NCBI GenBank assembly: GCA_964368495.1
Contig: CAYJAJ010000003.1
Span: forward strand, 776-64,775
Source: an uncultured Holdemania sp.
Lineage (GTDB): Bacteria; Bacillota_I; Bacilli_A; Erysipelotrichales; Erysipelotrichaceae
Direction: 5' to 3'
Length of the DNA stretch: 64,000 nucleotides
The stretch's first letter is position 1. The number at the start of each line of letters is the position of its first letter. Position numbers and translations under genes: made by a program. Positions 20,145 through 29,404 of the stretch are shown here, piece by piece. The notes beneath the pieces were generated by a model that worked only from the letters and a program-made list of their open reading frames with translations, was not told the origin of the DNA and made no database searches.

Positions 20145-21005
20145 ATGGAAAAATTACAAATTTTAAGAGAAAACAAAGACTGGTCTAATTTGGCTATTGA
20201 ATATTATAATCTAGGTGTTAAAGCCATGGAAGATAAAGATAATATCAAGGCTACATTATGGCTAAATCGTAGCAATGCTATTTACAATGCACAAGATGAA
20301 ATATTTTTATCAGTTGATGAAGAGTTAGAAGATGATTGTTCATGTCGAATAGGTGAGCTTGAGGATATAGACAATATATATAACAGTTTCCCAGAATATA
20401 CACAAGCAAGATTAAGTGAACTGTCGAATCCACAAGTGGGCATAGTCGGTTTGTTTTCGATTGCAAGGCTAGTGCCGCTGCTTAATAACCTATCAAAATT
20501 AGCGGGATGTGAACTTTTGGGTGAAATCGATAAGGTAGTAAATATTGTCTTAAAATCATACTCTTCTGGGGTTTCTGGGCAAGAATTTCAATTCATGTCA
20601 GATCTTGCAGGAGAACTTTATCGATTTGCAGATAGTGAACATTACTGGGGAAACACACAAACAATTCAAGGAGCTAATAATCAGCCGTTTGAGGTTTTTG
20701 ATTTGCATGCAATGACAGGTGTTATTCAAGAGTTAACGACATATCTTTTGGATTTGTGCGATTCTTTAACCGCTTTATCTCAAGGCAACACACCACCGCC
20801 ATCAAGCTGTGGTATTGTCAATTGCACGCTGCTTGTTGATTACTACGCAAGAATGACAAACAGTAACATTAATGAAATCCCAGAAGTAAAAGCTGAAATA
20901 TCCAGAATAAATGATGATTTTGATTTTATCACATCAAAAATTTCATTTGAAGATATAAGTAGTAGAGTAAGTTATTATAAAAATTTAGATATTTTAAAAT
21001 TATAA
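20145..21005 (+). CDS. Hypothetical protein (no recognisable family)
   Basis: 286-aa ORF with a GGAGGA SD, its own promoter-like element and a strong terminator. No motif that I recognise. Confidence 0.6.
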   Translation: MEKLQILRENKDWSNLAIEYYNLGVKAMEDKDNIKATLWLNRSNAIYNAQDEIFLSVDEELEDDCSCRIGELEDIDNIYNSFPEYTQARLSELSNPQVGIVGLFSIARLVPLLNNLSKLAGCELLGEIDKVVNIVLKSYSSGVSGQEFQFMSDLAGELYRFADSEHYWGNTQTIQGANNQPFEVFDLHAMTGVIQELTTYLLDLCDSLTALSQGNTPPPSSCGIVNCTLLVDYYARMTNSNINEIPEVKAEISRINDDFDFITSKISFEDISSRVSYYKNLDILKL

Positions 21006-21036
21006 TGCATATCAAATAAATTAAATTAATAAATAG

Positions 21037-21066
21037 CAGCTTCCGTTTTAAAGGAAGCTGTTTTTT
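21037..21066 (+). terminator. Intrinsic terminator
   Basis: CAGCTTCC-gttttaaa-GGAAGCTG followed by T6. Confidence 0.8.
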
Positions 21067-21233
21067 ATACTGAAATTCTCTTGGTGAGTCATAGTGGATA
21101 TTTTAATAGATGAAGAAAGATATTTTAAAACTTTGTGTGTTGTATGACACACTTGAATAATTTTCATGTTATACTAAGTTTAGCGAATGAGCATTTAAGA
21201 TATGTGAATAGTATATATATGAAGGAGAGGCAT

Positions 21234-22733
21234 ATGGGCAAATTAAGAAGTTATTTATGTTTAGATTTAAAGTCATTTTATGCATCTGTTGAATGTATAG
21301 AAAGAGGTCTTGATCCAATTAAGACAAATCTTGTGGTTGCAGATGAATCCCGTACTGATAAATCAATATGCTTAGCAGTAACACCAGCGATAAAATCATT
21401 GGGAATAAATGGTCGTCCACGCTTATTTGAAGTTAAGCAAAAAATTAATGAAATAAACCGTGAACGATTAAGAAAAAATGGTGGACCATTTCGATTTAAG
21501 TCTTGTAATATTGATGAAGTAAAAAATGAGAATGTAGAGATTGGATTTATAGTTGCAACGCCAAGAATGGCCCACTACATTTTGTATAGCACCAAAGTAT
21601 ATGAAGTATACTGTAAAACAGTTTCCCGAGATGATATGCATATTTATTCTGTTGATGAAGTGTTCATGGATATTACAAGCTATTTATCTATTTATAAGTG
21701 TACTCCATATGAGTTAGCTGAAAAAATGATTAAGGATGTTTTATCAACGACAGGAATAACTGCAACAGCAGGGATAGGAACAAACCCATATTTGGCTAAA
21801 GTGGCGATGGATATTGTGGCTAAACATGTGGAAGCGGATGAAAATGGAATTCGTATTGCAACACTAGATGAAATTTCTTATCGTGAATTACTATGGAATC
21901 ATCGGCCACTTACAGACTTTTGGAGAGTAGGAAGAGGTTATGAAAAGAAATTAGAGCAATATAATTTAATGACGATGGGAGACATTGCACGATGTTCGAT
22001 AGAAGATGAAGAATTACTTTATAAGCTTTTTGGAATTAATGCAGAATTGTTGATTGATCATGCTTGGGGAGAGGAATCATGTACGATGAAACACATCAAG
22101 GAATACAAACCCGAGTTTAACTCACTAGGAAGTGGACAAGTGTTGCATTGTGCCTATACTGCAGAAGCGGCAAAAATTGTGTTAAAAGAAATGGTAGAAA
22201 CAATGGCACTAAGTTTGACACAAAAACGTTTAATGACTAAACAACTAACGCTCTATGTTGGATATGATGTTGAAAATTGTACAGATGCCAGCATAAGTAA
22301 ATTGTATCAAGGTGAAATTAAAGTTGATTCCTATGGTAGGAAAGTACCGAAACATAGTTCAGGGGTAGTTAATTTAAAAATAGTAACTTCTTCGGAAAAA
22401 TTGATGGTTGAAGCAATGATTAAGAAATTCAATGAAATAGTTAACCCGATTCTGCTTATAAGAAGGATATCGATTAGTGCAAATAAACTACAAGAAGAAA
22501 CATTTGATGTGTTTGATAAGGTAGTACAACTTGATTTGTTTCATGATACTCTAGATGATGAAAATAAAAGAAAAAAGGAAATTCTTGAATTAAAAGAAGA
22601 ATACCAAGTTATGAAAACAGTGAATGATATAAAAAAAAGATACGGAAAAAATAAAATATTGAAGGCATCCAGTTTATTGGACGAAGCAACACAAAAAGAA
22701 AGGAATGAACAAATTGGAGGACACAAAGCATAA
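21234..22733 (+). CDS. Y-family DNA polymerase (UvrX/ImpB-like translesion polymerase)
   Basis: ORF 21135..22733 trimmed to the ATG at 21234, behind GAAGGAGAGG. LDLKSFYASVECIERGLDP, YSVDEVFMDIT and GIGTNPYLAKVAMD motifs of the UmuC/DinB superfamily. Confidence 0.8.
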   Translation: MGKLRSYLCLDLKSFYASVECIERGLDPIKTNLVVADESRTDKSICLAVTPAIKSLGINGRPRLFEVKQKINEINRERLRKNGGPFRFKSCNIDEVKNENVEIGFIVATPRMAHYILYSTKVYEVYCKTVSRDDMHIYSVDEVFMDITSYLSIYKCTPYELAEKMIKDVLSTTGITATAGIGTNPYLAKVAMDIVAKHVEADENGIRIATLDEISYRELLWNHRPLTDFWRVGRGYEKKLEQYNLMTMGDIARCSIEDEELLYKLFGINAELLIDHAWGEESCTMKHIKEYKPEFNSLGSGQVLHCAYTAEAAKIVLKEMVETMALSLTQKRLMTKQLTLYVGYDVENCTDASISKLYQGEIKVDSYGRKVPKHSSGVVNLKIVTSSEKLMVEAMIKKFNEIVNPILLIRRISISANKLQEETFDVFDKVVQLDLFHDTLDDENKRKKEILELKEEYQVMKTVNDIKKRYGKNKILKASSLLDEATQKERNEQIGGHKA

Positions 22734-23124
22734 ATATGAAGATATAATTTACTTAAATAAGCCTATATCAAAAAAGCATAAAGAAATGTCTTTAAAAAAC
22801 AGAGCAGCACAATTTGCACCTTTTGCTGCAGTAGTAGGTCATAGTGAATCTGTTAATGAGGTGGCAAGATTAACAAATATGAAACTTGATTTGGATGAAC
22901 AAGCAAAAGAAGAGATTAATAGAAGTTTAAATTTGCTTCTAAGTGATGAATATCAAGACAGCGTTGCTACATTTGTAGTATTTAAAGAAGATATTAAAAA
23001 GTCAGGTGGAGAATATATTGAAATTAAAGGAAAAATAAAAAGATTTGATGAAGTTAACCAAGTGCTACACTTGGTAGATAAAAGGATAATTAAAATTGAT
23101 AATCTAATAGAAGTAATTATTTAA
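22705..23124 (+). CDS. YolD-like protein (accessory partner of Y-family polymerase)
   Basis: 139 aa. The RAAQFAPFAAVVGH motif and the position directly after (and overlapping) the polymerase gene mirror the uvrX-yolD / yqjW-yqzH pairs of Bacillus. The exact start is uncertain (ATG 22705 or TTG 22714). Confidence 0.55.
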   Translation: MNKLEDTKHKYEDIIYLNKPISKKHKEMSLKNRAAQFAPFAAVVGHSESVNEVARLTNMKLDLDEQAKEEINRSLNLLLSDEYQDSVATFVVFKEDIKKSGGEYIEIKGKIKRFDEVNQVLHLVDKRIIKIDNLIEVII

Positions 23125-23189
23125 AACTGAATGATTTATAAATATTTTGATATGGTATAATTTATGTAATTAGAGAAGGGGAAAGCTTT

Positions 23190-23945
23190 ATGAATAATAT
23201 TTTAGAATTGCTTAATAACCCACTGCTGTATTTGATATCAGGGATTATTATATGTACAGTAATTGTTTTTTCATTGATTTTATTTGTGAAATCATATCGT
23301 GCAGGTATAGCAATTGGCATGGATAAGAAAAGGCTTTTAAGATCAATCACTGCGAGTGCTACTTTCACAGTCTTACCGAGTGTTAGTATTTTACTTGGTG
23401 TTATTGCATTATCAGGTAGTTTAGGAATGCCACTTCCATGGCTTAGGTTGTCTGTGATTGGTGCGCTACATTATGAAACAAGTGTTGCGGACATTGCTGC
23501 AAGAAGCATGGGAATGAGTGGTTTAAATGTTGCAGAAATGACACCAGAAGCTTTTTCGACAATTGCATTGGTTATGTCTGTTGGAATTATTTGGGGTATG
23601 GTCGGATCGATATTTTTCTTAAAAAAATATTTATCAATTGTGAGTAAGAAAAACAAAAATAACGATACCAATAAAGAAGGTAAAAAAGGCAGAGGTCTTG
23701 GCGATGTAATGATGGCTGCGATGTTTATTGGATTAATTAGTGCCTATTTAGGTAGTTATGTTGGAACATTCACATCGATGGGGGATATTTATCCACTTTT
23801 AACTGGTATGTTTGCGGCAATAGCCATGGGTATATTTGAAAGTATTCAAAAGAAGTTTAATGTTCAGTGGCTAGAAAATTTTTCTCTTGCAGCAAGTATG
23901 TTAATTGCAATGACTCTTGTAGTTGTTGTAGGAATTGTAGTTTAG
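23190..23945 (+). CDS. Integral membrane protein, unknown family
   Basis: 251 aa, about 6 TM segments with a charged central loop (KKNKNNDTNKEGKKGRG). First gene of a five-ORF + strand cluster. Confidence 0.6.
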   Translation: MNNILELLNNPLLYLISGIIICTVIVFSLILFVKSYRAGIAIGMDKKRLLRSITASATFTVLPSVSILLGVIALSGSLGMPLPWLRLSVIGALHYETSVADIAARSMGMSGLNVAEMTPEAFSTIALVMSVGIIWGMVGSIFFLKKYLSIVSKKNKNNDTNKEGKKGRGLGDVMMAAMFIGLISAYLGSYVGTFTSMGDIYPLLTGMFAAIAMGIFESIQKKFNVQWLENFSLAASMLIAMTLVVVVGIVV

Positions 23946-23957
23946 GAGGATGATGAA

Positions 23958-24638
23958 ATGAATGATAGACAAAAAGAAGAAACTTTTTCAAAGTTTAACG
24001 ATCAAATTCATTTTATTGGTCGAGTTGGAATGGGTGTTTTATTAATATTGTTTGTAACGGCGCCTTTCGCTATGGGTATGGTAGTTGGTGCAATGCCAAA
24101 TATTCCGGCATTTTTAAAAGGGATAGTTCAAGTGCTACCAGTATATCTTATTTCAAGTGTTGTTGAATTCTTAATATTTGCACCGCTCCTTGGTGCTGGA
24201 GGTAGCTATTTAGCATTTGTGACTGGGAACTTAACTAATTTAAAAATACCTTGTGCTATTAACGCTCGTGATATAGTCGGTACAAAAGTAAATACTCCAG
24301 AAAATGAGATTGTGTCAACCATCTCTATCGCTACATCGGCACTTGTCACCACTGTAATTGTTGCACTAGGTGTAATCATGATGGCTCCACTTCAACCTCT
24401 TCTTCAAAATCCAGTGTTGACACCAGCGTTTAACAATGTTGTGCCTGCATTGTTTGGAGCATTAGGCTACAAATATTTTAAAGGGAATATGAAAATCGCA
24501 GCAATTCCACTAATCCTTTTATCAGCACTTTGTGTTTTTGTGCCAAGTGCGATCTCTTCAGTAGGTTTTTTAATTATACCTAGTGGGGGTCTAGCGATTG
24601 GAATTGCTTGGTTTCTTTATAAAAAGGAAAGGAAGTAG
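23958..24638 (+). CDS. Integral membrane protein, unknown family
   Basis: 226 aa, about 6 TM segments. SD GGAGGA. Confidence 0.6.
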   Translation: MNDRQKEETFSKFNDQIHFIGRVGMGVLLILFVTAPFAMGMVVGAMPNIPAFLKGIVQVLPVYLISSVVEFLIFAPLLGAGGSYLAFVTGNLTNLKIPCAINARDIVGTKVNTPENEIVSTISIATSALVTTVIVALGVIMMAPLQPLLQNPVLTPAFNNVVPALFGALGYKYFKGNMKIAAIPLILLSALCVFVPSAISSVGFLIIPSGGLAIGIAWFLYKKERK

Positions 24639-24646
24639 GTTAAATA

Positions 24647-26002
24647 ATGGATAAACAAATAACAAATAGAGCAGAATTTTATGCTCAGAAACTTTCTATA
24701 CTTATTCAAAAGGAAACAATCTCAGTAAAGGGAGAGCAAGATAAAACAAAATTTTTAGAATTTCATCAATTATTGGAAAAAGCCTATCCGCAAGTTCATG
24801 CTCATTGTGAAAAAATTGAACTCAATGGAAATTTGTTATTTAAGTGGAAAGGTAAATGCTCTCAAAATCCAATATTATTTTTAAGTCATCATGATATTGT
24901 AGAAGCAACAGGGAAGTGGGATCATGAACCATTTAGTGGAGAAATTTTGCAGTATGAAGGAAATAGAGTCATATGGGGTAGAGGAACAGTAGATACGAAG
25001 GCAAGTTTGTCATGTTTTATGCAAGCAGCTGAAGAACTTATTGAAGAAGGATTCGTCCCAAATTGTGATGTTTATTTGGCTAGCAGTTGTACGGAAGAAA
25101 TTGGTGGAGAAGGTGGTCCGCTGATTGCGAACTATTTAAAAGAACAGGGAGTATTTTTATCGATGCTTATGGATGAGGGTGGTATGATTATGCCTGAACC
25201 AATGGCTGGAGCTAAAGGAACATTTGCGATGATTGGTGTGCTTGAAAAAGGATATGGAGATATCAAGTTTATTGCTAAAGGAATTGGTGGTCATGCAAGT
25301 GCTCCACCTAAAAATACACCTATTGAAAGGTTGGCAAACTTTATTTGTCATATTGAAAAGCATAATCCATTTGTATGTAAATTTCCTAACACAGTAAAAG
25401 AAACATTTAAAAGAATGGCTCCTACAATGTCATTTCCTATGAAGCAAATATTTAAAAATTTGTGGTTTTTTGAACCAATTTTAACAAAATACATGCCAAG
25501 CATTAATACACTTGGTGCAGCAATGCTTAGAACGACCATTGCTTTTACTACGCAAAAAGGAAGCGATGGGTATAATGTTATTCCACAAGAAGCTTATGTG
25601 ACAGCTAATTTACGATTTATTCCTCATCAATCAACAGATGAATCAATTAAACTGTTAACAGAAATTGCTGCGAAATATGATATTGAAACAGAAGTATTGT
25701 ATCGAGGATACCCTACTAAAGAAGTGGACATTAATGGAAAACCCTTTAAATTAGTTGAAAAAACAATTGCTGAAATGTTTCCGGGAGTGATTGTTAGTCC
25801 TTACGTGATGACAGGGGGAACCGATGCTCGCTTCTTTAATGAAGTTTGTGATCACTGTTTAAGGTTTGCGCCGCTACGCATTAATAAACAACAGTTTTCG
25901 AGTATTCATGCATTAAATGAAAACATTAATATTGATTGTTTACCTGATGGAGTAGACTTTTATAAAAAGATTATACTTTCTCAAGAAGCGAATAATAAAT
26001 AA
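24647..26002 (+). CDS. M20/M25/M40 family metallopeptidase
   Basis: 451 aa. LSHHDIV ... WGRGTVDTK ... CTEEIGGEGG ... DEGG ... GGHAS pattern of M20 dipeptidase/carboxypeptidase. Confidence 0.75.
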   Translation: MDKQITNRAEFYAQKLSILIQKETISVKGEQDKTKFLEFHQLLEKAYPQVHAHCEKIELNGNLLFKWKGKCSQNPILFLSHHDIVEATGKWDHEPFSGEILQYEGNRVIWGRGTVDTKASLSCFMQAAEELIEEGFVPNCDVYLASSCTEEIGGEGGPLIANYLKEQGVFLSMLMDEGGMIMPEPMAGAKGTFAMIGVLEKGYGDIKFIAKGIGGHASAPPKNTPIERLANFICHIEKHNPFVCKFPNTVKETFKRMAPTMSFPMKQIFKNLWFFEPILTKYMPSINTLGAAMLRTTIAFTTQKGSDGYNVIPQEAYVTANLRFIPHQSTDESIKLLTEIAAKYDIETEVLYRGYPTKEVDINGKPFKLVEKTIAEMFPGVIVSPYVMTGGTDARFFNEVCDHCLRFAPLRINKQQFSSIHALNENINIDCLPDGVDFYKKIILSQEANNK

Positions 26003-26070
26003 AGGGTAAGAATAAAATTTGATGCATTCAAATGATAAAGGCAATAAATACGAAGAAGCGAGGAAGAGAT

Positions 26071-27117
26071 ATGAAAGTAAATTTACAAGATATAAAGAAT
26101 TATGCAGAAGAATGTTTAGCGATTGATAGTCCTACAGGGTATACATCTAATATTATCAATTATATTAAAAATGTTGTGGAAGGTTTAGGTTTTTCTGTTG
26201 AAATGAGCAATAAGGGATCTTGCATTATTAAGGTTGTAGGACAAAGGAAAGAAAAAGTGATTGGACTGAGTGCGCATGTTGACACTTTGGGTTTGATGGT
26301 GCGCTCAATTAAAAACAATGGGACATTAGCATTTACTATGTTAGGAGGTCCAATACTTAATACTTTGGATGGTGAATATTGTCGTATAATTACGCGAGAT
26401 AATAAAATTTATACAGGAACTATCTTGTCAAAAAGTAGCGCTGTTCATGTGTATAAGGATGCGAATACACTTTCAAGAGATGAAGAAATGATGGAAGTTA
26501 GACTTGATGAAATAGTTAAAAATAAAGAAGATGTGCTTAAACTAGGTATTAATTCAGGGGATATTATTTGCATAGATCCAAAAACAACAATTACAGATAG
26601 TGGGTTTATTAAAAGTCGTTTTTTAGATGATAAAATAGCAGTAGCAATTTTACTTGGAGTGCTTAAAAGCATTTCAGAAGATAAACAAAAACTTCCTTAT
26701 ACCACATATTTCATGATTTCTACGTATGAAGAAGTAGGGCATGGTAGTAGCTATATACCAAGTGATATTACTGAGCTAGTTTCAGTAGATATGGGATGTG
26801 TTGGAAAAGATTTAAACGGTAGTGAATTTGATGTTTCTATCTGTGCTAAAGATTCAAGTGGACCGTATGATTATGCATTAGTTTCAAAATTCATTGAGCT
26901 ATCTAAAAAAATGAACATAAATTATGCGGTGGACATTTATCCTTATTATGGTTCAGATACAAGTGCTGCGCTTCGGGCTGGAAACAACATCAAAGGTGGA
27001 TTAATTGGTCCAGGTGTTGCAGCAAGTCATGGTATGGAAAGAACACATATTCAAGGTGTAGACAACACGTGTCAATTAATTGTTGCATATTTATTGGATT
27101 ATGAAGAAATACACTAG
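26071..27117 (+). CDS. M42 family glutamyl aminopeptidase-like metallopeptidase
   Basis: ORF trimmed to the ATG at 26071 (SD GAGGAAGAG). SPTGYT, SAHVDTLG, FLDDKIAVA, YEEVGHGS and VDMG motifs of the M42 family. Confidence 0.75.
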   Translation: MKVNLQDIKNYAEECLAIDSPTGYTSNIINYIKNVVEGLGFSVEMSNKGSCIIKVVGQRKEKVIGLSAHVDTLGLMVRSIKNNGTLAFTMLGGPILNTLDGEYCRIITRDNKIYTGTILSKSSAVHVYKDANTLSRDEEMMEVRLDEIVKNKEDVLKLGINSGDIICIDPKTTITDSGFIKSRFLDDKIAVAILLGVLKSISEDKQKLPYTTYFMISTYEEVGHGSSYIPSDITELVSVDMGCVGKDLNGSEFDVSICAKDSSGPYDYALVSKFIELSKKMNINYAVDIYPYYGSDTSAALRAGNNIKGGLIGPGVAASHGMERTHIQGVDNTCQLIVAYLLDYEEIH

Positions 27118-27364
27118 TAAAGAAGCGTTAGATTTGCTTAATGAAATGGAAATACTGATGTGTATTAATAACAAAGGAAATTCTTTTTTTGCAAAAAAAG
27201 GAGATAAAATTTTTGTTAAAAGCAATAGTTTCACATATCGTATATCTATTGATGAATTTAAAAATTTGTATCAAGATGAAAGTTTTGTCATTCATGAAAT
27301 AATCAAAAAAGAGGAAGTCAATCTTGAAAAAGATGATGAATATTATGCTTGGAAACATAAATAA
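27101..27364 (+). CDS. Small hypothetical protein
   Basis: 87 aa from the ATG at 27101. It overlaps the last 17 nt of the M42 gene in another frame. No recognisable motif. Confidence 0.35.
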   Translation: MKKYTSKEALDLLNEMEILMCINNKGNSFFAKKGDKIFVKSNSFTYRISIDEFKNLYQDESFVIHEIIKKEEVNLEKDDEYYAWKHK

Positions 27365-27375
27365 GAAGTAAATAT

Positions 27376-27409
27376 AGATAGTGCTTTTCGCATTATCTTT
27401 TTATTTTTT
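27376..27409 (+). terminator. Intrinsic terminator
   Basis: AGATAGTGC-ttttc-GCATTATCT followed by a T-rich run. Confidence 0.7.
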
Positions 27410-27451
27410 AAAGAATTTGGTTTCCTTATTTTTTTGTCAGCAGAATAATTC

Positions 27452-27480
27452 TTGAAAGAATTGTTAAAAACTTGTAGAAT
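27452..27480 (+). promoter_or_regulatory. Putative sigma-A promoter of the yqeG operon
   Basis: TTGAAA - 17 nt - TAGAAT. Confidence 0.5.
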
Positions 27481-27538
27481 AGTACAATAGAGGTTTATGT
27501 TGAGCCTGTAAATGAAAAGATTAAACTAGGAGTAAAAC

Positions 27539-28075
27539 ATGATTGTAAGATTTTTTAAGCCTAATAGTTATATAAAAAATGTATATCAACTTGATGTTGA
27601 AAAGCTAGCGATAGATGGTTATAAATTGCTTCTTTGTGATATTGACAATACACTTGTAGCTTATGATGTTAAAGAAGCGACACCACAAGCTTTGCAGTTT
27701 TTCAAAAGATGTAAAACTGTAGGACTTAAAGTTGTGCTGTGTTCCAATAATACTCATGAGCGTGTATCTGTATTTGCTAATAGCGCATCTTTGGATTTTG
27801 TTTCATTTTTTTGTAAACCATTAAAGAAAAATTATAAAAATATTTTAAAGAAATACAATGTCCAAATTGATGAGATAGTTTGCGTTGGAGACCAGCTTTG
27901 CACTGATATTTTAGGTGGAAATCGTTTTAAAATACATACTGTATTTCTTGATCCATTTGTAAATGTAGATAGTGGTTATACTAAATATAGCAGGTTTATT
28001 GAAAGAAGATTGTTGTCATATTTAAAATTTAGAAAAAAAATGGTTAAGGGAGAGTATTATGGCTATAAAATGTAA
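27539..28075 (+). CDS. yqeG: YqeG-family HAD-IIIA phosphatase
   Basis: 178 aa. LLLCDIDNTLV, and synteny with yqeH. Confidence 0.8.
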   Translation: MIVRFFKPNSYIKNVYQLDVEKLAIDGYKLLLCDIDNTLVAYDVKEATPQALQFFKRCKTVGLKVVLCSNNTHERVSVFANSASLDFVSFFCKPLKKNYKNILKKYNVQIDEIVCVGDQLCTDILGGNRFKIHTVFLDPFVNVDSGYTKYSRFIERRLLSYLKFRKKMVKGEYYGYKM

Positions 28076-29117
28076 AGGCTGCGGAATCAATTTGCAATAT
28101 GATGACCCTAAAAAGTTAGGATATAGTCCTAAAAAAGAAGCTGAGTATTGTAAAAGATGTTTTAGACTAACTCATTATGATGACAATATTGTGTCTATGA
28201 AGGAAGGTATTGAAGAAGCAGATGTGCTGCAAAAAGCCTTTAAAACAGATGGATTAATCGTATGGGTTGTCGACTGTGTTGATTTTGAATCTGGAATATT
28301 AAAAGGAATGAATCGCCATTTTATGGGAAGAGATATTATTTTTGTGCTTACTAAATGTGATTTGCTTCCAAAAACAATGAGTGATGAAAAACTATACTCA
28401 TTCATGATTCATAGATTTAAGGAGTTGAATCTAAATTTTAAAGGGATTAGTTTAGTTCATCAAAATAATGATAGTGATATAGATAACTTAAAACAGATGA
28501 TTGAAAGTTGTAATAAAAGTAAGCAGGTTCTGTTTATGGGGAAGGCAAATGCAGGAAAAAGCACGCTTTTAAATGCTCTGTTAAATCGTCGTGATTTAAC
28601 AGTCACTCGTTATCCTGGAACAACCTTAGATTTCAATGAAATACAAGTGAATGGTGAAACTTGGATTGATACTCCTGGTTTAACAAATCATGAAAGCATG
28701 TTGATTGCAGTGAAGGATGAAAGCTTAAAAGCGATGCTGCCAGATTCAAGAATGAAACCACAAATTTATCAATTATGGGAAAATCAAAGTTTCGCAATTG
28801 GTGGGTTATGTCGGATTGATTGTTTTACTGATAAATCAACATCAATTGTGTTTTATGTGAGTAATCGATTAACAATACATCGTGGAAAGCAAATCACTGC
28901 AGATGAATTGTGGTATAATCATCAAGGGGAACTACTTGTGCCAACAACTATCGATGAATTTAAAACATTCAGAAAGTATACTTTTAATGGATTTAAAGGA
29001 AAACAAGATATTAATGTGTTTGGTTTAGGGTGGTTATCTTTCACTGATGAAATAAAAAAAATAGAAATTTATGTACCAAAAAGTGTTAATATGACACTAA
29101 GAAAGGCAATGATATGA
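28059..29117 (+). CDS. yqeH: Ribosome biogenesis GTPase YqeH
   Basis: 352 aa. N-terminal zinc ribbon (CKGCG ... CKRCF) and a circularly permuted GTPase (LTKCDLL ... GKANAGKSTLLN ... DTPG). Confidence 0.85.
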   Translation: MAIKCKGCGINLQYDDPKKLGYSPKKEAEYCKRCFRLTHYDDNIVSMKEGIEEADVLQKAFKTDGLIVWVVDCVDFESGILKGMNRHFMGRDIIFVLTKCDLLPKTMSDEKLYSFMIHRFKELNLNFKGISLVHQNNDSDIDNLKQMIESCNKSKQVLFMGKANAGKSTLLNALLNRRDLTVTRYPGTTLDFNEIQVNGETWIDTPGLTNHESMLIAVKDESLKAMLPDSRMKPQIYQLWENQSFAIGGLCRIDCFTDKSTSIVFYVSNRLTIHRGKQITADELWYNHQGELLVPTTIDEFKTFRKYTFNGFKGKQDINVFGLGWLSFTDEIKKIEIYVPKSVNMTLRKAMI

Positions 29118-29404
29118 TATTAAATAACAAACAAAAAAGCCATTTGAAATCAATGGCAAACAAGCTTAGAGCATTGTTTCAAGTTGGAAAAGATGGGTGT
29201 ACACCTAATTTAATTAAAACAGTAGATAATGCATTAGAAGCACATGAATTAGTTAAAATTTCATGTTTAAAAAGTTGTGATGCTGATGTAAGAGAAATTG
29301 CATTTGATATTTCTTCTGCAACAAACAGTAACATTGTACAAATTATTGGAAGAACATTTATTTTATATCGCAAAAGTAAGGATAGTAAAATAATATTACC
29401 ATGA
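29114..29404 (+). CDS. yhbY: Ribosome assembly RNA-binding protein YhbY (CRM domain)
   Basis: 96 aa. LNNKQKSHLKSMANKLRALFQVGKDG ... HELVKI. Confidence 0.85.
   Translation: MILNNKQKSHLKSMANKLRALFQVGKDGCTPNLIKTVDNALEAHELVKISCLKSCDADVREIAFDISSATNSNIVQIIGRTFILYRKSKDSKIILP

Noticed and set aside
21184-21197. Possible LexA (Cheo) box CGAATGAGCATTTA upstream of the Y-family polymerase
   Set aside because: Only the first half-site resembles CGAAC, and the second half (ATTTA vs GTTCG) matches at 2 of 5 positions. This is too weak to call.
19947-23124. tRNA-Ser-flanked region as an integrative mobile element or prophage remnant
   Set aside because: There is no integrase, recombinase or other mobility gene. 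I found no direct repeat of the tRNA 3' end (e.g. GAATCTCATGCTCCTC) anywhere downstream in the window. I report it only as a possible accessory insertion.
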